Source of the DNA: Antedon mediterranea
Lineage: Eukaryota; Animalia; Echinodermata
DNA length: 64,000 nucleotides
Assembly (NCBI RefSeq): GCF_964355755.1
Contig: NC_092680.1
Span: 18,981,045-19,045,044 of the forward strand
Direction: 5' to 3'
The position numbers and the translations under genes are program-made. Under the pieces are notes generated by a model that saw only the letters and a program-made list of their open reading frames with translations, was not told the DNA's origin and ran no database searches. Below are positions 1 through 11,757 of this stretch, in pieces; the first letter of the stretch is position 1, and each line of letters opens with the position of its first letter.

Positions 1-3000
1 TCAACTCATCCAGTCAAGATGTACACCCCATAACAAGACAATTGATGTATTCAACATTCAACTCTACCAGTAACATGTACATCCCATAACAAGACAATTG
101 ATGCATTCAATGCAACTAATACTGTCAAGATGTACACCCTATGACAAGACAATTGATGCATTCAACATTCAACTCATCCAGTTAAGATGTACATCCCATA
201 ACAAGACAATTGATGCATTCAACATTCAACTCATACTGTCAAGATGTACACCCCATAACAAGACAATTGATGCATTCAACATTCAACTCATCCAGTTAAG
301 ATGTACATCCCATAACAAGACAATTGATGCATTCAACATTCAACTCATACTGTCAAGATGTACACCCCATAACAAGACAATTGATGCATTCAACATTCAA
401 CTCATCCAGTGAAGATGTACATCCCATAACAAGACAACTGATGTATTCAACATTCAACTCATCCAGTCAAGATGTACACCCCATAACAAGACAACTGATG
501 TATTCAACATTCAACTCATCCAGTCAAGATGTACACCCCATAACAAGACAACTGATGTATTCAACATTCAACTCATCCAGTCAAGATGTACACCCCATAA
601 CAAGACAAGTGATGCATTCAACATTCAACTCACCCAGTCAAGATGTACACCCAATAACAAGACAATTGATGCATTCAACATTCAACTCATCCAGTCAAGA
701 TGTACACCCAATAACAAGACAATTGATGCATTCAACATTCAACTCATCCAGTCAAGATGTACACCCCATAACAAGACAATTGATGTATTCAACATTCAAC
801 TCATCCAGTGAAGATGTACATCTTATAACAAGACAATTGATGTATTCAACATTCAACTCATCCAGTCAAGATGTACACCCAATAACAAGACAATTGATGC
901 ATTCAACATTCAACTCATCCAGTCAAGATGTACATCTTATAACAAGACAACTGATGTATTCAACATTCAACTCATCCAGTGAAGATGTACATCCCATAAC
1001 AAGACAACTGATGCATTCAACATTCAACTCATCCAGTTAAGATGTACATCCCATAACAAGACAATTGATGCATTCAACATTCAACTCATACTGTCAAGAT
1101 GTACACCCCATAACAAGACAATTGATGCATTCAACATTCAACTCATCCAGTCAAGATGTACATCTTATAACAAGACAACTGATATATTCAACATTCAACT
1201 CATCCAGTCAAGATGTACACCCCATCACAAGACAACTGATGTATTCAACATTCAACTCATCCAGTCAAGATGTACACACCATAACAAGACAACTGATGCA
1301 TTCAACATTCAACTCATCCAGTCAAGATGTACACACCAAGAGGTACATCCCATAACAAGACAATTAATGTATTCAACATTCAACTCGTCCAGTCAAAATG
1401 TACATTCCATAACAAGACAACTGATGTATTCAACATTCAACTCATCCAGTCAAGATGTACACCCTATGACCACACAATTGATGCATTCAACATGCAACTC
1501 ATCCATTCACGATGTACATCCCATAACAAGACAAGTGATGCATTCAACATTCAACTCATCCAGTCAAGATTTACACCCCATAACAAGACAACTGGTGTTT
1601 AACATTCAAATCATCCAGTCAAGATATACACCCCATAACAAGACAAGTGATGCATTCAACATTCAACTCATCCAGTCAAGATGTACACCCCATAACAAGA
1701 CAATTGATGTATTCAACATTCAACTCATCCAGTCAAGATGTACACCCCATAACAAGACAATTGATGTATTCAACATTCAACTCTACCAGTAACATGTACA
1801 TCCCATAACAAGACAATTGATGCATTCAACATGCAACTCATACTGTCAAGATGTACACCCTATGACAAGACAATTGATGCATTCAACATTCAACTCATCC
1901 AGTTAAGATGTACATCCCATAACAAGACAATTGATGCATTCAACATTCAACTCATCCAGTCAAGATGTACACCCCATAACAAGACAATTGATGTATTCAA
2001 CATTCAACTCTACCAGTAACATGTACATCCCATAACAAGACAATTGATGCATTCAACATGCAACTCATACTGTCAAGATGTACACCCTATGACAAGACAA
2101 TTGATGTATTCAACATTCAACTCATCCAGTGAAGATGTACATCCCATAACAAGACAACTGATGCATTCAACATTCAACTCATCCAGTTAAGATGTACATC
2201 CCATAACAAGACAATTGATACATTCAACTCATACTGTCAAGATGTACACCCCATAACAAGACAATTGATGCATTCAACATTCAACTCATCCAGTCAAGAT
2301 GTACATCTTATAACAAGACAACTGATGTATTCAACATTCAACTCATCCAGTCAAGATGTACACCTCATCACAAGACAACTGATGTATTCAACATTCAACT
2401 CATCCAGTCAAGATGTACACACCATAACAAGACAACTGATGCATTCAACATTCAACTCATCCAGTCAAGATGTACACACCATAACAAGACAACTGATGCA
2501 TTCAACATTCAACTCATCCAGTCAAGATGTAGACCCTATGACCAGACAATTGATGTATTCAACATTCAACTCATCCAGTCAAGATGTAGACCCCATAACA
2601 AGACAAGTGATGTATTCAACATGCAACTCATCCAGTCAAGATGTACACCCATTACCATACAACTGATGTATTCAACATTCAACTCAACCAGTAAAGATGT
2701 ACATCCCATAACAAGACAACTGATGTATTCAACATTCAACTCGTCCAGTCAAAATGTCCATTCCATAACAAGACAACTGATGTCTTCAAAATTCAACTCA
2801 TCCAGTCAAGATGTACACCCTATGACAAGACAATTGATGCATTCAACATGCAACTCATCCAGTTAAGATGTACATCCCATAACAAGACAATTGATGCATT
2901 CAACATTCAACTCATCCAGTCAAGATGTACACCCCATAACAAGACAATTGATGTATTCAACATTCAACTAAACCAGTAAAGAGGTACATCCCATAACAAG

Positions 3001-6000
3001 ACAACTAATGTATTCAACATTCAACTCGTCCAGTCAAAATGTACATTCCATAACAAGACAACTGATGTATTCAACATTCAACTCATCCAGTCAAGATGTA
3101 CACCCTATGACCAGACAATTGATGCATTCAACATACAACTCATCCATTCACGATGTACATCCCATAACAAGACAAGTGATGCATTCAACATTCAACTCAT
3201 CCAGTCAAGATTTACACCCCATAACAAGACAACTGGTGTTTAACATTCAAATCATCCAGTCAAGATATACACCCCATAACAAGACAAGTGATGCATTCAA
3301 CATTCAACTCATCCAGTCAAGATGTACACTCAATAACAAGACAATTGATGTATTCAACATTCAACTAATCCAGTCAAGATGTACACCCCATAACAAGACA
3401 ATTGATGTATTCAACATTCAACTCTACCAGTCAACATGTACATCCCATAACAAGACAATTGATGCATTCAACATGCAACTCATACTGTCAAGATGTACAC
3501 CCTATGACAAGACAATTGATGCATTCAACATTCAACTCATCCAGTTAAGATGTACATCCCATAACAAGACAACTGATGCATTCAACATTCAACTCATCCA
3601 GTCAACATGTACATCCCATAACAAGACAATTGATGCATTCAACATGCAACTCATACTGTCAAGATGTACACCCTATGACAAGACAACTGATGTATTCAAC
3701 ATTCAACTCATCCAGTCAAGATGTACATCCCATAACAAGAAAACTGATGTATTCAACATTCAACTCGTCCAGTCAAAATGTCCATTCCACAACAAGACAA
3801 CTGATGTCTTCAAAATTCAACTCATCCAGTCAAGATGTACACCCTATGACCAGACAATTGATGCATTCAACATTCAACTCATCCAGTCAAGATGTACATC
3901 CCATAACAAGACAAGTGATGCATTCAACATTCAACTCATCCAGTCAAGATGTACACCCCATAACAAGACAACTGATGCATTTAACATTCAAATCATCCAG
4001 TCAAGATATATACCCCATAACAAGACAAGTGATGTATTCAACATTCAACTCATCCAGTCAAGATGTACACCCCATAACAAGACAATTGATGTATTCAACA
4101 TTCAACTCATCCAGTCAACATGTACATCCCATAACAAGCCAAGTGATGCATTCAACATTCAACTCATCCAGTCAAGATGTACACCCAATAACAAGACAAT
4201 TGATGTATTCAACATTCAACTCATCCAGTCAACATTTAATAACAAGACAACTGATGTATTCAACATTCAACTCGTCCAGTCAAAATGTCCATTCCATAAC
4301 AAGACAACTGATGTCTTCAAAATTCAACTCATCCAGTCAAGATGTACACCCTATGACAAGACAATTGATGCATTCAACATGCAACTCATCCAGTTAAGAT
4401 GTACATCCCATAACAAGACAATTGATGCATTCAACATTCAACTCATCCAGTCAAGATGTACACCCCATAACAAGACAATTGATGTATTCAACATTCAACT
4501 AAACCAGTAAAGAGGTACATCCCATAACAAGACAACTAATATATTCAACATTCAACTCGTCCAGTCAAAATGTACATTCCATAACAAGACAACTGATGTA
4601 TTCAACATTCAACTCATCCAGTCAAGATGTACACCCTATGACCAGACAATTGATGCATTCAACATACAACTCATCCATTCACGATGTACATCCCATAACA
4701 AGACAAGTGATGCATTCAACATTCAACTCATCCAGTCAAGATTTACACCCCATAACAAGACAACTGGTGTTTAACATTCAAATCATCCAGTCAAGATATA
4801 CACCCCATAACAAGACAAGTGATGCATTCAACATTCAACTCATCCAGTCAAGATGTACACTCAATAACAAGACAATTGATGTATTCAACATTCAACTCAT
4901 CCAGTCAAGATGTACACCCCATAACAACACAATTGATGTATTCAACATTCAACTCTACCAGTCAACATGTACATCCCATAACAAGACAATTGATGCATTC
5001 AACATGCAACTCATACTGTCAAGATGTACACCCTATGACAAGACAATTGATGCATTCAACATTCAACTCATCCAGTTAAGATGTACATCCCATAACAAGA
5101 CAACTGATGCATTCAACATTCAACTCATCCAGTCAACATGTACATCTCATAACAAGACAATTGATGCATTCAACATGCAACTCATACTGTCAAGATGTAC
5201 ACCCTATGACAAGACAATTGATGCATTCAACATTCAACTCATCCAGTCAAGATGTACACCCAATAACAAGACAATTGATGTATTCAACATTCAACTCATC
5301 CAGTCAAGATGTACACCCCATAACAAGACAACTGATGTATTCAACATGCAACTCATCCAGTCAAGATGTACACCCATAACAAGACAACTGATGTATTCAA
5401 CATTCAACTCATCCAGTCAAGATGTACATCCCATAACAAGACAACTGATGTATTCAACATTCAACTCGTCCAGTCAAAATGTCCATTCCACAACAAGACA
5501 ACTGATGTCTTCAAAATTCAACTCATCCAGTCAAGATGTACACCCTATGACCAGACAATTGATGCATTCAACATTCAACTCATCCAGTCAAGATGTACAT
5601 CCCATAACAAGACAAGTGATGCATTCAACATTCAACTCATCCAGTCAAGATGTACACCCCATAACAAGACAACTGATGCATTTAACATTCAAATCATCCA
5701 GTCAAGATATATACCCCATAACAAGACAAGTGATGTATTCAACATTCAACTCATCCAGTCAAGATGTACACCCCATAACAAGACAATTGATGTATTCAAC
5801 ATTCAACTCATCCAGTCAACATGTACATCCCATAACAAGCCAAGTGATGCATTCAACATTCAACTCATCCAGTCAAGATGTACACCCAATAACAAGACAA
5901 TTGATGTATTCAACATTCAACTCATCCAGTCAACATTTAATAACAAGACAACTGATGTATTCAACATTCAACTCGTCCAGTCATGATGTACACCCCACAA

Positions 6001-7392
6001 AAAGACAATGGGTGTATTCAACATTAAACTCATCCAGTCAACATGTACATCCCATAACAAGACAATTGATGCATTCAACATTCAACTCATCCAGTCAAGA
6101 TGTACAACCTATAACAAAACAACTGATGTATTCAACATTCAACTCATCCAGTCAAGATGTACAACCTATAACAAGACAACTGATGTATTCAACATTCAAC
6201 TCATCCAGTCAACATGTACATCCCATAACAAGACAATTGATGTATTCAACATTCAACTCATCCAGTCAAGATGTACACCCCATAACAAGACAATTGATGT
6301 ATTCAACATTCAACTCATCCAGTCACGATGTACACCCCATAACAAGACAATTGATGCATTCAACATTCAACTCATTCAGTCAAGATGTACATCCCATAAC
6401 AAGACAATTGATGTATTCAACATTCAACTCATTCAGTCAAGATGTACATCCCATAACAAGACAATTGATGCATTCAACATTCAACTCATTCAGTCAAGAT
6501 GTACATCCCATAAGAAGACAATTGATGCATTGAACATTCAACTCATTCAGTCAAGATGTACATCCCATAAGAAGACAATTGATGCATTGAACATTCAACT
6601 CATCCAGTCAAGATGTAGACCCCACAACAAGACAACTGATGTATTCAACATTCAACTCATCCAGTCAAGATGTACACCCCATAACAAGACAATTGATGTA
6701 TTCAACATGCAACTCATCCAGTCAACATGTACACCCCATAACAAGACAATTGATGCATTGAACATTCAACTCATCCAGTCAAGATGTAGACCCCACAACA
6801 AGACAACTGATGTATTCAACATTCAACTCATCCAGTCAAGATGTACACCCCATAACAAGACAATTGATGCATTGAACATTCAACTCATCCAGTCAAGATG
6901 TAGACCCCACAACAAGACAACTGATGTATTCAACATTCAACTCATCCAGTCAAGATGTACACCCCAGAAAAAGACAATGGGTGTATTCAACATTAAACTC
7001 ATCCAGTCAAGATGTATATCCCATAACAAGACAAGTGATGTATTCAACTCATCTAGTAAAGATGTACACCCCACAACAAGACAACTGATGTATTCAACAT
7101 TCAACTCATCCAGTCAAGATGTACACCCCACAAAAAGACAATGGGTGTATTCAACATTAAACTCTTCCAGTAAAGATGTACATCCCATAACAAGACAAGT
7201 GATGTATTCAACTCATCTAGTAAAGATGTACACCCCACAACAAGACAACTGATGTATTCAACATTCAACTCATCCAGTCAAGATGTACACCCCACAAAAA
7301 GACAATTGATGCATTCAACATTAAACTCTTCCAGTAAAGATGTTCACCCCATAACAAGACCAGTGATGTATTCAACATTCAAATCATCCAGT
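1..7392. repeat. 57-bp tandem repeat array (about 130 monomers, runs off the left edge)
   Basis: Consensus TCAACTCATCCAGTCAAGATGTACACCCCATAACAAGACAATTGATGTATTCAACAT repeated head-to-tail, matching the 19-aa periodicity in the ORF track (QLIQSRCTPHNKTIDVFNI). It degrades and ends near 7390. Confidence 0.98.
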
Positions 7393-8043
7393 AGACATAT
7401 GGTTTCTTTCTGTTTTTGCTGGATAGTTATGGTTTGTTTTGTAAGTATTTATGTTGGGTAAGTATGTTCCATCATTGGTAATAAAGAATATTATTTATAT
7501 TTATTTATTATTTATATTTTTATTTTTTTTTATTGAATACCCTAAAAATAATCTCCCATTAAATAATTCAACACAATAAATGTGTTCCAACAATTTTCTA
7601 AAAATACTAAACTATAATGAAATCCTTGGCTCCCTATTGACATGTTTTTATGATATATTCTCTCTCAGTGAGTGAGCACATGGTTTCTATTCTTGAGAGA
7701 TGTCAAAGTTGTCTTAGGTACTCATTCATAGGCTGTCCATATAATAGGATGTCCATGATGTATGCGTTAACATTGCCGTTAAGGTAAGTTTGATTAAGGT
7801 AAGCACGATGTAATATTTTTCTTCTCCAGTGTTCTTTTTAGATCTTGATGGTTCCTTGTTGGTCCACTTGGATAAATCAAGAGAATGTGACTCGGCATAG
7901 ATATCATAGACTTATCTACCACATTTAGAGCAGATTTTAGGATTGTAACAGCTGGCTGTAAGTAAATGGTGAACTGTAAATGGTAAACATGTTGATTTTG
8001 TTTAGATATGTATTTGCATTAAAAAGTATAAACTAATGATTCA

Positions 8044-8402
8044 TTTTTTCTATGTATTTTAAAAATAAAATATACTAATAATGTTAATGATTTACATGTT
8101 TCTTTCCCTTATTAGCATAATATTGATTGTTTTTTATGTATTTTATTAATTAATATGCTAATGATTTACAGGTTTCTTTCCTCTATTAGCATAATATTGA
8201 TTGTTTTTCTATGTATTTTATTAATTATTATGCTAATGATTTAAATGTTTCTTTCCCTTATTAGCATAATATTGATTGTTTGTCTATGTATTTTATTAAT
8301 TAAAATGCTAATGATTTACAGGTATCTTTCTCCTAGCATTAATGTTGATTGTTTTATTAATTATTAATATTTTCTTTCATTAGCATAATATTTGATTGTT
8401 TT
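8044..8402. repeat. ~75-bp degenerate AT-rich tandem repeat (4-5 copies)
   Basis: TATGTATTTTA recurs at ~8135, 8210 and 8285. Each unit contains the inverted pair TATGCTAAT...ATTAGCATA. Confidence 0.85.
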
Positions 8403-8404
8403 TC

Positions 8405-11012
8405 ATTATATCTTGGTATTAAATCAGGTTATTTTTTGGTAAATGCATTTCATATAATGTGTAAGGTAACATTATATCTTGGTATTAAATCAGGTTATTT
8501 TTTGGCAAATGCATTTCATATAATGTGTAAGGTAACATTATATCTTGGTATTAAATCAGGTTATTTTTTGGTAAATGCATTTTATATAATGTGTAAGGTA
8601 ACATTATATCTTGGTATTAAATCAGGTTATTTTTTGGTAAATGCATTTTATATAATGTGTAAGGTAACATTATATCTTGGTATTAAATCAGGTTATTTTT
8701 TGGTAAATGCATTTTATATAATGTGTAAGGTAACATTATATCTTGGTACTAAATCAGGTTATTTTTGGTAAATGCATTTCATATAATGTGTAAGGTAACA
8801 TTATATCTTGGTATTAAATCCGGTTATTTTTTGGTAAATACATTTCATATAATGTGTAAGGTAACATTATATCTTGGCATAAAAGGTTATTTTTTGGTAA
8901 ATGCATTTTATATAATGTGTAAGGTAACATTATATATTGGTATTAAATCCGGTTATTTTTTGATAAATGCATTTTATATAATGTGTAAGGTAACATTATA
9001 TCTTGGTATTAAATCAGGTTATTTTTTGGTAAATGCATTTCATATAATGTGTAAGGTAACATTATATCTTGGTATTAAATCAGGTTATTTTTTGGTAAAT
9101 GTATTTAATATAATGTGTAAGGTAACATTATATCTTGGTATTAAATCCGGTTATTTTTTGGTAAATGCATTTTATATAATGTGTAAGGTAACATTATATA
9201 TTGGTATTAAATCAGGTTATTTTTTGATAAATGAATTTTATATAATGTGTAAGTTAACATTATATCTTGGTATTAAATCAGGTTATTTTTTGGTAAATGC
9301 ATTTCATATAATGTGTAAGGTAACATTATATCTTGGTATTAAATCAGGTTATTTTTTGGTAAATGCATTTCATATAATGTGTAAGGTAACATTATATCTT
9401 GGTACTAAATCAGGTTATTTTTTGGTAAATGCATTTCATATAATGTGTAAGGTAACATTATATCTTGGTACTAAATCAGGTTATTTTTTGAAAAATGCAT
9501 TTTATATAATGTGTAAGGTAACATTATATATTGGTATTAAATCAGGGTATTTTTTGGTAAATGTATTTCATATAATGTGTAAGGTAACATTATATATATC
9601 TTGGTACTAAATCAGGTTATTTTTGGTAAATGCATTTCATATAATGTGTAAGGTAACATTATATCTTGGTATTAAATTAGGTTATTTTTTGATAAATGCA
9701 TTTCATATAATGTGTAAGGTAACATTATATCTTGGTATTAAATCAGGTTATTTTTGGTAAATGCATTTCATATAATGTGTAAGGTAACATTATATCTTGG
9801 TACTAAATCAGGTTATTTTTGGTAAATGCATTTCATATAATGTGTAAGGTAACATTATATATTGGTATTAAATCAGGTTATTTTTTGGTAAATGCATTTG
9901 ATATACTGTGTAAGCTAACATTATATCTTGGTACTAAATCAGGTTATTTTTTGGTAAATGCATTTCATATAATGTGTAAGGTAACATTATATCTTGGTAT
10001 TAAATCAGGTTATTTTTTGGTAAATGCATTTCATATAATGTGTAAGGTAACATTATATCTTAATACTAAATCAGGTTATTTTTGGTAAATGCATTTCATA
10101 TAATGTGTAAGGTAACATTATATATTGGTATTAAATCAGGTTATTTTTTGGTAAATTCATTTAATATAATGTGTAAGGTAACATTATATCTTGGTATTAA
10201 ATCAGGTTATTTTTGGTAAATGCATTTCATATGTGTAAGGTAACATTATATATTGGTATTAAATTAGGTTATTTTTGGTAAATGCATTTTATATAATGTG
10301 TAAGGTAACATTATATTGGTACTAAATCAGGTTATTTTTGGTAAATGCATTTTATATAATGTGTAAGGTAACATTATATCTTGGTACTAAATCAGGTTAT
10401 TTTTGGTAAATGCATTTTATATAATGTGTAAGGTAACATTATATATTGGTATTAAATCAGGTTATTTTTTTTGGTAAATGCATTTAATATAATGTGTAAG
10501 GTAACATTATATCTTGGTATTAAATCAGGTTATTTTTGGTAAATGCATTTTATATAATGTGTAAGGTAACATTATATCTTGGTACTAAATCAGGTTATTT
10601 TTGGTAAATGCATTTGATATAATGTGTAAGGTAACATTATATCTTGGTATTAAATCAGGTTATTTTTGGTAAATGCATTTTATATAATGTGTAAGGTAAC
10701 ATTATATCTTGGTATTGAATCAGGTTATTTTTGGTAAATGCATTTCATATAATGTGTAAGGTAACATTATATCTTGGTATTAAATCAGGTTATTTTTGGT
10801 AAATGCATTTCATATAATGTGTAAGGTAACATTATATCTTGGTATTAAATCCGGTTATTTTTTGGTAAATACATTTCATATAATGTGTAAGGTAACATTA
10901 TATCTTGGCATAAAAGGTTATTTTTTGGTAAATGCATTTTATATAATGTGTAAGGTAACATTATTATCTTGGTATCAAAGGTTAATTTTTTGGTAAATGC
11001 ATTGTAAGGTAA
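8405..11012. repeat. 66-bp (65-66) tandem repeat array, about 39 copies
   Basis: Consensus TTATATCTTGGTATTAAATCAGGTTATTTTTTGGTAAATGCATTTCATATAATGTGTAAGGTAACA, giving 22-aa periodicity in ORFs (VNAFHIMCKVTLYLGIKSGYFL). The T-run length varies between units. Confidence 0.98.
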
Positions 11013-11757
11013 GAATATAGAGGTTCAAGTTTCCATGCATTTTGAATCATGTATCCTAAGCATTTACAGGAGGCTGTCAGCACTTGGACACTGGGTATAG
11101 CAGATTATATCTGGACCAGCCTGTCTGGATGAAGACCATCTCAGATACATGTGCAGCACTTGAACATGGGTATAGCAGATTATATCTGGATCAGCCTGCC
11201 TGTCTGGATCAGCACTATCCGGATACATGACATATGCAGCACTTGGATACTGGACATTCAGAGTAGAATATTGGGAAAAACAGGATACATTGGAAGATTC
11301 AGTTTTTGGAAGGACAATCAAAGTAAGTTTTCTATTAACTTAAAAGCACTAAAATTGTGGTCACTACATCCTAAAAGCATTCATTTAAAAAAATTGATGT
11401 TTTTTAATTTTTAATCAATAATTTAGCACCCTTCATTTTCATTACAGTACAGTACTTTCTTTTTGTTATCTTTCCTGATATGAACTAATTGCATTATATT
11501 ACCTTTTCTATTAAAAATAAAATTCATGTTGGACATACATCAAAATTATTATTTTAGTGCATTCAATATTAAATTATTATTATTATCACATTATTAAAAG
11601 TGACTTATATCTCGTGCTACTTAGTAAGATAAGAAATACAGGTACAGCCTACCTAGCCAAGTACCTGCTGCCTAAGTTACTAAAAAACACTATCATAAAA
11701 ATTCAATTAACATAGCGCCCTCATTTGTCCTTAAGCACAACGTCATAGATCAAAACA

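Noticed and set aside
1-7392. Hammerhead-like wording in the minus strand of the 57-mer (CTGGATGAG...GAATAC)
   Set aside because: It has no true CUGANGA or GAAA box and no stem II; only a weak ACTGATG/CATCCAGT hairpin.
98-7461. Long repetitive ORFs (up to 645 aa) in the 57-bp array
   Set aside because: The unit length is a multiple of 3 and two + frames happen to lack stops. The ORFs switch frame at indels and hit sporadic stops, with no signal peptide, unique domain or splice context. Best explained as non-coding satellite.
8436-10996. ORFs of 66-281 aa in the 66-bp array
   Set aside because: They are by-products of the repeat and are broken wherever the T-run changes length.
1-11012. CRISPR-like array or telomeric repeat
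   Set aside because: Monomers are contiguous without unique spacers, there are no cas genes, the context is eukaryotic, and no TTAGGG-type motif is present.
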